Notes: a model not told the origin generated them from the letters alone. A DNA stretch of 49,743 nucleotides from Macrostomum lignano (GCA_002269645.1 NIVC01002028.1:1-49743); one strand, 5' to 3'. Positions 11,965 through 23,385 are shown, counted from the first letter of the stretch. Program-made: numbers and translations.

Positions 11965-12728
11965 TACCTGAACCCTTTGATTCAACCCTCCATTGCCACC
12001 TGAATCCTTTGATTCAACCCTCCATTGCTACCTGAACCCTTTGATTCAACCCTCCATTGCTACCTGAACCCTTTGATTCAACCCTCCATTGCTACCTGAA
12101 CCCTTTGATTCAACCCTCCATTGCTATCTGAACCCTTTGATTCAACCCTCCATTGCTACCTGAACCCTTTGATTCAACCCTCCATTGCTATCTGAACCCT
12201 TTGATTCTACCCTTCATTGCTATCTGAACCCTTTGATTTAACTCTCCATTGCTACCTGAACCCTTTGATTCAACCCTCCATTGTTACCTGAACCCTTTTT
12301 ATTAGAGGCAGGGGGGTTGTGTGCACCCTGGCGCACTTTAAGCGACATAGGCACACAACCGGCGAGAGGCATTACTGCCCATTCCGCCGACTCCCCTGAG
12401 CAGGCATACAAGCGCGCGGATACGTACGCAGGCACACACTCACACAGGAGTGTACAGCGGCCCTAACTTTATATTATCGTTAGGCATGTACACTTCACTG
12501 CGCCTTGGGGGGTTGGCTCTCAAGGCCGTTAATTGCACGAGCAGAGCCAAGCTGAGATTCCAATTCAGCCCCAAATTAATGTGACTGCACTTGGAATCGA
12601 GCCTGGGTTGCTGGCACACCAGAGCCTGCGCTAGACCGCTGGGCTACGCCCCCCCCCTACCTGAACCCTTTGATTCAACCCTCCATTGCCACCTGAACCC
12701 TTTAATTCAACCCTCCATTGCTACCTGA
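11965..12728. repeat. 32-bp minisatellite (TACCTGAACCCTTTGATTCAACCCTCCATTGC)n interrupted by a SINE
   Basis: About 10 units before 12298 and 2 units after 12658. Confidence 0.95.
12299..12657 (-). mobile_element. tRNA-derived SINE family B, full length, 14-bp TSD
   Basis: The minus strand has A box TAGCCCAGCGG and B box GGCTCGATTCC, a 3' stem GGTTGTGTGC/GCACACAACC (12315-12360) and an A-rich tail. It is flanked by TACCTGAACCCTTT at 12285-12298 and 12658-12671. A second copy is at 47193-47460. Confidence 0.85.
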
Positions 12729-13219
12729 GGCAAATAACATTCATATCTTGCAATTTAGCCTGAATAAATCATCTTGAAGAATTAAAGGTTAAAAAAACCC
12801 GAGACACTAAGTGAAGCTAGGCAATGAAAAATCAATATTTCTCAACCAAATGAACTGAAAATCAAGCATTTTAAGGAGTTCAATGTGTAAACTGACTCCG
12901 CAAAGTGACATGCAGTCTGCACTTTGTAACTCGATGCATTGGATGCACAAGTCAATGAGAAAAAAAATTGCTTCAAAACTATACTCAATCAAACATTGTA
13001 AGCATACAAACTTAATGTATTTTCCGCTTGGCTACACTGTTCTCTTATTTTCTGAAAATGAGGCAGCACAGTCATTGTCGGCCGGAAAACAAATGCGTGA
13101 GTCTCAGTCACCATGTCCTGAGATTACCCTTTCTCTTAATTTCTTCTTTTTTTAGCTGGCGAGTCGATAGAGTAGCCAAGGAATTTAATGTGAAATGGGT
13201 CTGAGCAGCATTTCTGGGC

Positions 13220-13229
13220 TATAAATATA
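13220..13229 (+). promoter_or_regulatory. TATA box upstream of the SLC13 gene
   Basis: CTATAAATATAAG lies 24 nt upstream of ATG 13244 and 63 nt upstream of ATG 13283. The spacing favours 13283 (MNSSQ) as the start. Confidence 0.45.
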
Positions 13230-13243
13230 AGCCAGTCGGTGGG

Positions 13244-16200
13244 ATGAACAATCAAGAAACTTATCATCAGACTCCCTTCATCATGAATAGCTCGCAAGCA
13301 ATCGCAGTTTTCCTCAGAGTTGTCGAACTGCTCCGAGGATTTGGCAAGCTGTTGCTGAAGCATCGGGCGACTGTGGTGCTGATCCTTGTGCCGCTGGCTT
13401 TGCTTCCGTTGCTTCTTTGCTTTGACAGTCTGGTAAGTGAATCAAGCTTTAGACCGATTGGGTTGTGCTGCAATATGCTTTAAATTGCTATCAACCTGTT
13501 TATCCAACAGGTATCCAAGGCAGCCTACATCATTCTACTAATGTCATTCTACTGGAACTTTGAAGTGGTCCCTCTAGGAGTGACCGCCTTGCTGCCTGTG
13601 GTGCTGTCACCTCTGCTCGGCATTATGTCCAGTAGTGAAATATGTCCCAGCTACTTCAAGGTAAGTTTTTGTTTAAATAACACATTATTCAACTTCAAGA
13701 GTTTAAGGTAATCCAAGGTACCCATTGAAGAGCAACTTGTGCACACATTTTGCAGGACTCGAATATGCTTTTTCTCGGCGGTCTAATTATGGCTGTATCC
13801 ATCGAGGCCTGGGATTTGCACAAGAGGATTGCCTTGAAAGTTCTTTTACTCTGCGGCGTCCAGCCCAGGTGGTAAGCACCTACAGTACTTGCTCGTATGT
13901 GATAAGGGATGTATTTTAAAACATGGCTGTTTTGAACAAGCTTGAGCATAATTCGCATACTCCAGGCTCCTCTTCGGACTGCTTGCTCCGGCCTGGGTTC
14001 TTTCGATGTGGATCTCGAACACGGCCACGGTAGCTATGATGCTGCCTATTGTGGAAGCTGTGCTATCCGAGCTGCGGTGTCAGCATATGCGGCAAAAACG
14101 TCGCAAAGAGTCGGTGGTGTCAGAAACAGCACCCAGTGTCCTTTCATCCTCCGTATCCACCGTTTCTGATGAAAACTCCGGAGAGAATCCTGACGGTGAT
14201 CTGTCAAGCCCAGCGGTGAAAATACAAATCCCACCGCTGCCACCAGACGATGTGGAAGATGAGGATCCAAAGAAAGACTCTATCGAAGACGACAATGACG
14301 ATAATAACGATGGAATAATCCGTCGATGCCTTTGAAAGAATACCTGGCTGAGGAGAGCAACGCAGAGTTTGCTAGCACGTGCCGGATGCTGCTGCTGGGC
14401 GTCTCCTACGGTTCTGTTTTTGGTGGCGTCGTCACTCTGACGGGAACGGCTCCGAACGTTATCTTGAATGGGATTGTTCAAGAGTACTACGGATCCAACA
14501 CGGGGCTCAACTACTGCAGTTGGATGCTGTTTGCCTTGCCATTGGGCGCCGTAGGCCTTTTGCTGACCTGGGTCTGGCTTCAGATCAGCTTTCTTGGCTT
14601 TCGGTGAGAGAAGGACGACTTTTGTGCCTCTTTTACGTGTCTTACGTATTATCAAAATTGAGCCTTCTCTTCTAAATCTGGATTTTAATTCAGCAGGTTT
14701 AAATCCTAGTATTAATAGTTTATAGCCACTCAGTTGGAATCCGATATTTATTTTAACGCGTTATCAAAAAACTGGAAGCTAGACGAACCAGACCAGATGA
14801 TGATTGTTAATCTGTGAGACTCAATCTCAAAAATCCTTTATCATAAGGATCATACAGACTCAAACTTTGATTATACGTAGACATGATGTAAAGATATTCA
14901 TTCGTAATTGAAAGTAATTTATAGTCACGAGTCTTCCATGGCTCTCTTCATAATCAGCAACAATCAACACATGTACTCCAAACTCCTCCCAGCAATATAA
15001 TTCTGCATCCTTATCCGTTTAACGTCTAACTGTCTTTTAAGTGGTTTAAGCGATCGCCGTACTGAGAAAGCAGACATATGATACTATCAGACACGTCGTA
15101 CAAGATATTTAGCATCTTGGGTAGAAATTGTAAGTAGGATCTCTTAAATTGGGAAAAATTTTGAAACTATAGCAAGCAACCTTAATCATAGGTTTTGCAT
15201 AGAAAAGCCATTCAAAAATTTAATACCAAAATAGTTTAAAAACGTGTCCAGAACCCAAGGAATTTTAGGTTTTCTTCTAGGAAAGCGTGTAAAACGCAGG
15301 CAAAACTAAAAGTGAGTTTTTGGCAAGATTAGACGTAAGGCTCTCCTGTTATTGGTCGCTACAAATGCGGAATTCTTTGGTCTTGTAGACACTTAAGGAA
15401 CATCGCAGCGTTTAATTTTACTTTTACTTTTGGGCCCAAGCTGCGCAAAAAATAAAAAATGCATTTTTTTCGATTAGGCTACTTTTGCCGGGCTGATAAT
15501 TACTTCAACTATCATTAGCTGTTGGTAATGTAATTGTGATGCTTTTCCTTATCACTTCGCATACACTGCAATTTCAGCGGCTTGGCCAAAGCCGGCGACT
15601 CGGTCGCAATCGCCGACGCTCGACTGACCCGCGCAGCTCTCCAGCGGCAGTACAAGCAGCTCGGTCGCTGAGCTACGCTGAGGCAAGCGTGCTGGCTATT
15701 TTTGGCCTCACTATCATCCTGTGGATCTCGCGACAGCCTGGAGCTCCGGGTTGGTCGTCGTTGTTTATGAAAGCGCCAACCTCGGATTCTGAGGATGAAG
15801 CACCAGTCAGTCTGATGAGTGACGCGCAGCCGGCCGTGCTGGCCGTCTTGCTGCTCTTCCTGCTACCCTCGCGGAATCCGTTCGCGAACCTGTTCAAGGC
15901 TGTAAGAAGAAAACCAGTTTCCAATGAGACGACAGTGGAGCACTGCAGTCAGCAGCAGTCTGACTTTGAATTTAAAGCCGATGCTGATGCAGCTGGAGAA
16001 GATTGTCGGCAATGGCGTACCAAGCCGAGTCGGCTGCTGAGCTGGGACCTGGTGCAGAAGCGGGTGGCCTGGCAGATTGTACTCATGCTGGGTGCCGGCT
16101 TCGCACTGGCCGACCTGTCCAGAGTGAGTTCATTTGTAAAGCCTCTAGTTGTGAACTTACTGACATGGCAAATGTTTCTCCTCATAATGTCTCGACAAGC

Positions 16201-17211
16201 AAACAGTTTAAGTTTGAGTCCCATGGTATAATCACCCCTTCTTTGGCCCAGCGTTTCACCTGATCCGTGCTCTAGTAAATGCGCAAATCAAGCGATACTC
16301 GATCTTCCGCACTACTCAGGTGTCCGGCCTGTCCGACTGGATCGGCAGCCAGCTGGTTGCGTTGAAGTCCGTGCCAGCCCCGGCTCTCATCTTCATCATC
16401 TGCTGGTGCTCCGCCCTGCTCACCGAGTTGACCTCTAACGGTACAGCTGCCACGATCCTGCTGCCCATCTTGGCCAGTCTGGTGAGTCCGCGTCCGCCTA
16501 GAGATTCGGTTTTTGCTATTAACTCGATTTATCAATAATCAACCACATTCAGTGACTTTCAGTGACTTTCAGTAATATTCAGTGACATTCAGTGACATTC
16601 AGTGACATTAAATGACACTCAATGACATTCAGTGACATTCAGTGACTTTCAGTGACTTTCAGTGACTTTCAGTGACTTTCAGTGACTTTCAGTGACTTTC
16701 AGTGACTTTCAGTGACTTTCAGTGACTTTCAGTGACTTTCAGTGACTTTCAGTGACTTTCAGTGACTTTCAGTAATATTCAGTGACATTCAGTGACATTC
16801 AGTGACTTTCAGTGACTTTCAGTGACATTCAGTCACCGAAATGTTTTAGAGCGAGCGACTGCAGCGACACCCGTTCCAGCTCATGCTGTCTAGCGCCGCT
16901 TCCAGCTCTTTTGCATTCATTTTGCCGATCTCGACACCAGCAAACATACTGGTCTATTCGAGGGGCTACCTGCGGCCGTGGGATATGGTAAGGCTTTGGA
17001 TAACACTGCGTCTCTGTTGCATTGAAAGCATCCATATATTAACTATGGCAAGGTAAAACAATCGTGAATTTATTCGTTGCAGCTTCGCACCGGCTGCATC
17101 ATGTGGCTGCTCTCGAACGCTTTGGCGGCCGGGGCCTCTCTCTGCTATGCGCCGGCAATTTTCGGCATCAACGGTTTTCCGGACTGGGCCAGGAGGAATG
17201 CAACTTATTGA
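13244..17211 (+). CDS. SLC13: SLC13 family Na+-coupled dicarboxylate/citrate/sulfate symporter (DASS), 8 exons, two apparent -1 frameshifts
   Basis: Exons 13244(or 13283)-13432, 13511-13660, 13756-13871, 13966-14603, 15578-16123, 16320-16481, 16850-16987, 17083-17211; all GT-AG with compatible phases. Motifs [59 protein letters not shown]. One base must be restored at ~14311-14320 and at ~15668. Confidence 0.93.
16548..16832. repeat. 10-bp tandem repeat (CAGTGACTTT/CAGTGACATT)n in SLC13 intron 6
   Basis: Direct observation. Confidence 0.96.
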
Positions 17212-17840
17212 CGGTTGCTTAAGCTCACATTACATGCTCTAAACTTATTTTTAATCATTCCTAACTCATTGTATCATATTCACTGATATTCATTGGCCCT
17301 TTACTTATAAAGTTGCTTCATCATGTATGCTATGAGTTAGACCTGAGTCGTATCCTTTCGAACTCTTAATCCAGAACAGGCTCGCTATTCATATTTGAAG
17401 CAACACTGAAATTTCCCTGTAAAAAATTAATAAACACATTGATCAACACAATAATAAAAAGAATTTTAAGGAAACATTAGCCAGATATTGAGCAGTGGGA
17501 ATTTCGGTTCTGCTTCGAGTAAAAAAATATTCGAAATTAGATTCCGTTCATCATTTGGGTTATTGAAAGCCAAGACGTATACAATAAAAAATAAAATATT
17601 CTTTTCTACTGACAGTAGCATAGCCTGGATATTTGTGAAATACACTAATTCTGTACATTCTGTATGTACGTCCAATACGTACAATAACGCTGTACATTTC
17701 AAGCTTTAATAAAAGCCCAAATTTTGCTGCTTCAAAGAAAAAATTATTAACCAGAAATAGCTTTCCTTTTTAAGCAAATTTTGCCTTAACTTTTACTGCC
17801 GTCTTAGTAGACATTGCGAAAGAAGATTGAAAACCAAAGA

Positions 17841-19734
17841 ATGCAGGCATCTGGAAGTGGCTCGGATCTCCCAGCAGATCGGAAAATTATTCTTGCCATT
17901 GCACAGGGAGACAAGGCATTCGTGGAGAATCTCTTGACAAGAGGAATGACGGCCGACAAGCTGCTCATATCAGCATCCGGTGTCCCGTTCTCGCCACTGC
18001 AGGCTGCCTGCATCACTGGACAGACGGCTGTTACTGAGCTGCTAATCGCATCGAAAGCCGACGTCAATTATCAGGATCAGGACGGACGAACTCCAGTCTA
18101 CCTGGCATCGATGCAGGGCCATCATCAAGTCGTTGATCTTTTAGTAGAAGCGAGAGCAGACGTAAATCTGGTAACAAATTCCGGCACATCAGCGCTCTAC
18201 ATTGCAGCTCAGGCTAATCATTACAAGGCAGTGAAATCGCTGATCAGCGCCAAAGCCGATGTCAATCACGCAATAAAAAATGGCGCGACACCGCTGTACA
18301 TCGCGTCGCAAAAAGGTCACCACCGGGTTGTTGAATTGCTCCTCAAGCAGGACGTCAACGTTGACTGTCAGATTAACGAAGGCGCCACACCACTGTACAG
18401 CGCTGTTCAGAATGGCCACTTGAAAGTAGCGCGGTTGCTGCTGCAAGCGCAGGCAGACGTCAACTTGCAAGCCAACACTGGGGCAACACCTCTATCTATC
18501 GCCTCGTACTTTGATCGCAGAGAAATAATGACCCTACTCATTAAAGCGCAAGCTGAAGTTGACCTTCAGCTGAGTACTGGTGAATCGCCACTATATTTGG
18601 CCTCTCAGAATGGCCACCGTCAAACTATGCAACTGCTGATTGGAGCAATGGCCGATGTGAATTTGGGAACGACAATGGGCGAGACGCCTATTTACGCTGC
18701 ATCTTTCAATCCCGGGCTTGAAACGGTGAGCCAACTCATCCAAGCCGGAGCCGACGTCAATTGCCATACCAAATCGGGCGAGTCACCTCTTTTCGTTGCT
18801 TCTCTGCGCGGTCACCGTCAAATTGTGGACTGCCTTATCAAAGCGAACGCAGACGTAAATTTTCGAAACAGAAAAGGTGACTCGCCTCTCTATATCGCAT
18901 CGCAGAACGGACACAATGACATTGTCAAGCTGCTTATTAAATCGAAAGCGGAAGTCAACCAACAAACATGTCTTGGGGCCTCGCCAATGTATATTGCGTG
19001 TCAGAATGGACACCAGAGAGTGGTAGCCTCGCTTATCAAAGCACAGGCAGACGTTGACGCTCCGAGAGCATCTGGGAGTCCCCACTTTTGATCGCCTCCT
19101 GCAACGGTCATCATCAAGTGATTGACCTGCTCATCAAAGCGCAAGCTGACATCAATCAACAGGACAACCTTGGAGGGTCGCCTTTGTACATTGCCTCACA
19201 GAAAGGGTTCCACCAGGTGGTGGCTGCACTTCTCAAAGCACAAGCAGATGTTGATATTCAGCAAATAAATGGCGGCTCGCCCATTTACATTGCGTCGCAA
19301 CTAGGCCGTCATGCTGTGTTTAGTTTGCTCCTAAAAGCGCAAGCAAGTGTTAATCTGCAAACTGACACGGGGCTGTCTCCGCTCTTTATTGCGTCACAGA
19401 ATGGTTACCATGAGCTGGTTGACTCTCTCATAGACGCTCAAGCTGACGTCAATGTCAAAGACTCCGAAGGCTGCACGCCAATCTACATCGCGTCGCAGAA
19501 CGGTCACTATGGCGTGGTGTTGTCCCTCGTCAGAGCTCATGCTGACGTTGAAGCAAGAACTGTTACTGGTGAGACTCCCCTTCTAATTGCAAGCGTCAAT
19601 GGACATCACCGAGTTGCTGCCTTGCTGGAACAAACTATTCAGACACAATATGAATCACCGTTTCTTGAGTCTGAGACAGAAAAGGCTAAGCATCAACTTA
19701 CTCATCAGGATCGTGCGGCTTTGTCAGAGTCAGA
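17841..19734 (+). other. Ankyrin repeat region (~18 x 33 aa) of the ANK-cGLR gene
   Basis: Repeats of G.(T/S)PL(Y/F)IASQNGH..VV.LL..A.ADVN in ORFs 17814-19091 and 19088-19738. The two ORFs are continuous if one G is restored (SGESPLLIASCNGH). Confidence 0.95.
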
Positions 19735-22714
19735 GTAAGAGTTCGAATTTGAGTTTTTATATTAAAATAGAGCGACGTTGTACATAAAATGAAATAGAGC
19801 CCCCTAATTTTCGAATCCAAATGGCATTTAGAAGTGCTTCTCAAAGCGGTTTGTTGAAGTATTTAGTTGTTTCGCTGGCTACGCGGCTTCAGCTTAGTGT
19901 AATTGCTGCCGTCAACATGCATGCGTGGGCATTACGCTCGTACTAGGGCGGAAGAAGCACTGGAGCTACTAAAAGCAACATAAAAAAATTCTCATTAGGC
20001 TGTTGAAGAAAGTTCTCTATTTGCAATTTTACTTTGTACACGATCATTTCGCCAACTGACCGAGAATACGCACTGTTTGCTGTTGCAAGTGTACATTTCC
20101 AGTTCTAGAACTCCAACCTCTGTCCCTCTTGTGCGTGATCTATGCACAATGTGCTCTTTTTAGTGTACGATGATTTCTCTCCTTCTAGACATTTTTCTCT
20201 CTGGTTTTAATCTGTATTTTTCCAAAAGCTCAATTATGTCTTTCTATCTCGCTCTATGCATTCGCTCATCTTTTAGCTCGGTTAATTTTGTCTTCCTCGT
20301 CATTGTCCTTTTTATAGTTTAGGAATGAAACGATGCCCGATGCATTAAAGCAACTAATGCAAAAAATGAACTTTATAAAATGAAAGAGACAATCAAATAG
20401 CAAAATTAGTAGACTGAACGGGACGGAAAGTGGGGAATGGAAACGCTACGAGTAGTATGTGGTCAGAATGCAATAAATAAAATATTTTCTTCAGGTCGAT
20501 GCCGAGTGAATTGGAACTCAGTCTGCTGCTTCAATCGACGCTTACAAAAGCCGGATTTGTTAAAGCCAGAGCCGCCTTGCAGGCTGCAGTTGCCGACGCA
20601 TTGCAGGGAATTTTGCGAAGCAGGAGAGACTCATTCCCAGGGATCTATATTGTCGGCAGCTACTCAGAGGGCTGGGGCAACAGCCTGACCAAAGCGGACG
20701 GGAGAACGGACGCGGAGTCTGACATTGACGTGATGAAGCTGTTTCAGGGTCGACTCTACCACATCAGAGGTAGTTGCCAATGCTGCGATCGAAAAGAAAA
20801 GGAGCTGGTCGACTGCAAGGATGGTCATATTCGAATTGGGGGCTTTGGTAAGCAGCTGTTTATTAAATTGGAATATCATAAGGGTCTCGGCGTCATAGGC
20901 ATTATCGCGGAGGTCTTTTCATATAACAGGACTATGCTCAGTCTGGATTCACGCTTAAAGCCGCAGTGTAGGCCCAATCTGTGAAAGCAATGCTTATGGT
21001 ACTCGTACCAACTCGCATGCACAGGAAGTAATAACCAGGCCAGAGTTTTTTAATCAGCACACAAGTAGACATAATTCAGTTTGTGCGACTGACTCTCTGT
21101 GCTTTTGCTCCAGTACCATATTGTACCAAACAGTTCACTAAATCTAATTTGTTATCCAATTGTTCAGTTAAAAAGTTCCAATATGAAAGCATGATCTCAT
21201 AAAAGCTTATAAGACATTTAATAATCTTTATCGTTAAAACAGCAACCAATCCGGCAAAGGCCTCAAGTGGCACACCATTGAGACCTGCAGTAGATGAAGT
21301 TGACGCATGCCGCGTCTGCTGCTATCCGCCAATCGCTCCGCTGCTGCCGCACCGAATCTCTAGCTCAAATATTTCTCCGTCCGTTCTGAATACACTTCAA
21401 AGCGAGCTCAGCAAGTCACCCTGTCACGTGGTGCACGCGGCACCACCTAGACAAGCGGGAAAGCAGCTTCGTGTCAGCACAACTTTCCTGGAGAAACTGC
21501 TGCTAAGAGGTCTCAGCACGTTACAGGGCCAGCTATTCGTCACTCTGAAGTACTTGGTTAAGAAAGTAATTTGCCGCAAAGACGGCTACAATTTCGAGGG
21601 GCTAAAAGCATATCACGCAAAGACAATCACTTTCAGAATGTTGGAGGAGACGCCGGCTGAGGAATGGAGACCGCAGAATTTCGTGAGTCTAATAAGACGA
21701 TCGCTGCAGATGCTTCTTGACAGCATCGAACAAAACTGCACGGTGGACAATGTGGATGGTCGAATCATGGAGCACTTTTTCCTGTGCAACGCTGGTTTGT
21801 ACTTGAAGGGCTTGGGTCCGAGCCATGCCGGTGCAATGACACAAACAATTCAAAGTGCTATGAATGTTTTGAGGGATGTAATTGAAAAGCTGCCGCAGAT
21901 CTTGCTGAAATTTCAAAGAACGCTTCGACCGGTCAACGAATCGGGCGTATTTTACTTTCACCCTTTTCAAATTCTACCGGAACTGAGACTTCAATCCATT
22001 CAGACAGAAAACCCAGAGCTTGAGTATCACGAGATCTATGATGTAGTGGGATGGTCACTGCTTCAATTATCTCAGCAGCGGATATCTGAATCGCCAGATT
22101 CCCGACAGACGCTCATGCAAATGATTGACAGGCTCCCGGACTGCGCTCGGACAGCTCGCGAGGCTCTCAGGGCGATGATCTGTCTAAAATTCGACGATAG
22201 AGATGGAGCACAAAAGGTTTTGAGTGCCTGTAGGCGGCACAAAGTGAGCAGAGGAATAACCTGGTCTGCGGAGAACTTAGCAATTGAAGCAACAGAGGAA
22301 GACGTGCGGCAGTATTTGCTTAGCGTTGACTCGGCATGGAAATTCTGCTTCCGATTTGATCAACGCCCCGAGCTGCCATTTCTACCTAAAGTCATTGCAG
22401 AGTACTTTCCATTTGACGTTGACAGCTACACTCAAAATGCGGTCTTCTATGTCAATTTCGACGCACTGCTGCAGAGTCTAAGACTTCTGCTGACACCCGA
22501 TGACGTAAGCGTTAGACACTGGTTCCAAGAGGTGTCTTGGAGTGAAAGCGCCGACATTCAGGAACTCGCAGTGTGCGCCGCCTTCTGCGACGACTCCAAC
22601 CTGGTGCAGATATTCGTGGAGAAACTGCAGCGTCAGCCAGTTCTCAATCGTCTGCAACAGGAGCTGAGAATTAAATTGCAAGTTTTTGCTTTGCTTCCGT
22701 GTTTGCAGTCATAG
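17841..22714 (+). CDS. cGLR: Ankyrin-repeat + cGAS/Mab-21-like nucleotidyltransferase (ANK-cGLR) fusion protein, 3 coding exons, ~1239 aa
   Basis: Exon 17841-19734 (about 18 ANK repeats, -1 frameshift at GGG 19074-19076) ends GA|gtaaga (phase 2). Exon 20495-20847 starts ttcttcag|G TCG ATG CCG (phase 2) and ends TTT G|gtaag (phase 1). Exon 21243-22714 starts aaacag|CA ACC (phase 1). NTase motifs: GS (20655-20660), DID (20721-20729), third acidic residue in VDEVDA (21293). Mab-21-type LRVSTTFLEKLL, LKYL, LKAYHAKTITFRMLE..W and MEHFFL. Confidence 0.8.
20495..22714 (+). other. cGAS/DncV-like (Mab-21 family) nucleotidyltransferase region, split by intron 20848-21242
   Basis: IYIVGSYSEGWGN...ESDIDVM and a Mab-21 C-terminal helical signature, recognised from ORFs 20499-20984 and 21278-22714. 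Confidence 0.88.
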
Positions 22715-23147
22715 TATAATCTATTGATTTTGTAGTTTTGAAAACGTAATTAACTAAACGTTACAACTAATTTCTATTTTTTATTTTAGATTTGGAGTTG
22801 GTCTATAGCTGGCAGCGGACACCGCACTACCTGCCGAAGGTCTATTGTAAACCAGTAACCGTTTTTAACAAACAGATTTTCCCGACTTTCTTCGTTGCTA
22901 CAGGAGCTTTAGACACTACTTGAAGTAGATAAAAGTTAAAAGACTGGAAATCAATAGGCAAAAGTCTATAAAATATTTGTTTTGCTATTAGCTCGGAGCC
23001 TAGCGTAAGCGCATTGTATGAACACTTATGTCCGGTCCGCAACTGATGTCATTATTCGACACTATTTTTTTCATTATTCCACACTTATTCGCGGTCATTA
23101 ATCCACAATATTCTATCATGCTTTAATTGGCTGTTTTGAGTTATATT

Positions 23148-23385
23148 ACCATAGACAACTGTGATGTATGTCTTAGTTTGACCATAGACAACTGTGACGT
23201 GTGTCTTAGTTTGACCATAGACAACTGTGATGTGTGTCTTAGTTTGACCATAGACAACTGTGATGTGTGTCTTAGTTTGACCATAGACAACTGTGATGTG
23301 TGTCTTAGTTTGACCATAGACAACTGTGATGTGTGTCTTGGTTTGACCATAGACAACTGTGACGTGTGTCTTGGTTTGACCATGG
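23148..23385. repeat. 33-bp minisatellite (TTGACCATAGACAACTGTGATGTGTGTCTTAGT)n, ~7 copies
   Basis: Direct observation. Confidence 0.96.

Noticed and set aside
14309-14338. Micro-intron or programmed -1 ribosomal frameshift in SLC13
   Set aside because: The nearest GT-AG pair would give a 17-nt intron, and no X XXY YYZ slippery heptamer is present; a sequencing deletion is simpler.
17814-19738. Ankyrin ORFs as a stand-alone gene or two genes, with the NTase ORFs as separate genes
   Set aside because: A single-G frameshift and phase-matched GT-AG junctions explain all four ORFs as one gene, pending RNA evidence.
23148-23385. Regularly spaced 33-bp (also 32-bp and 88-bp) repeats as CRISPR arrays
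   Set aside because: Units are contiguous with no unique spacers, there are no cas genes, and the DNA is eukaryotic.
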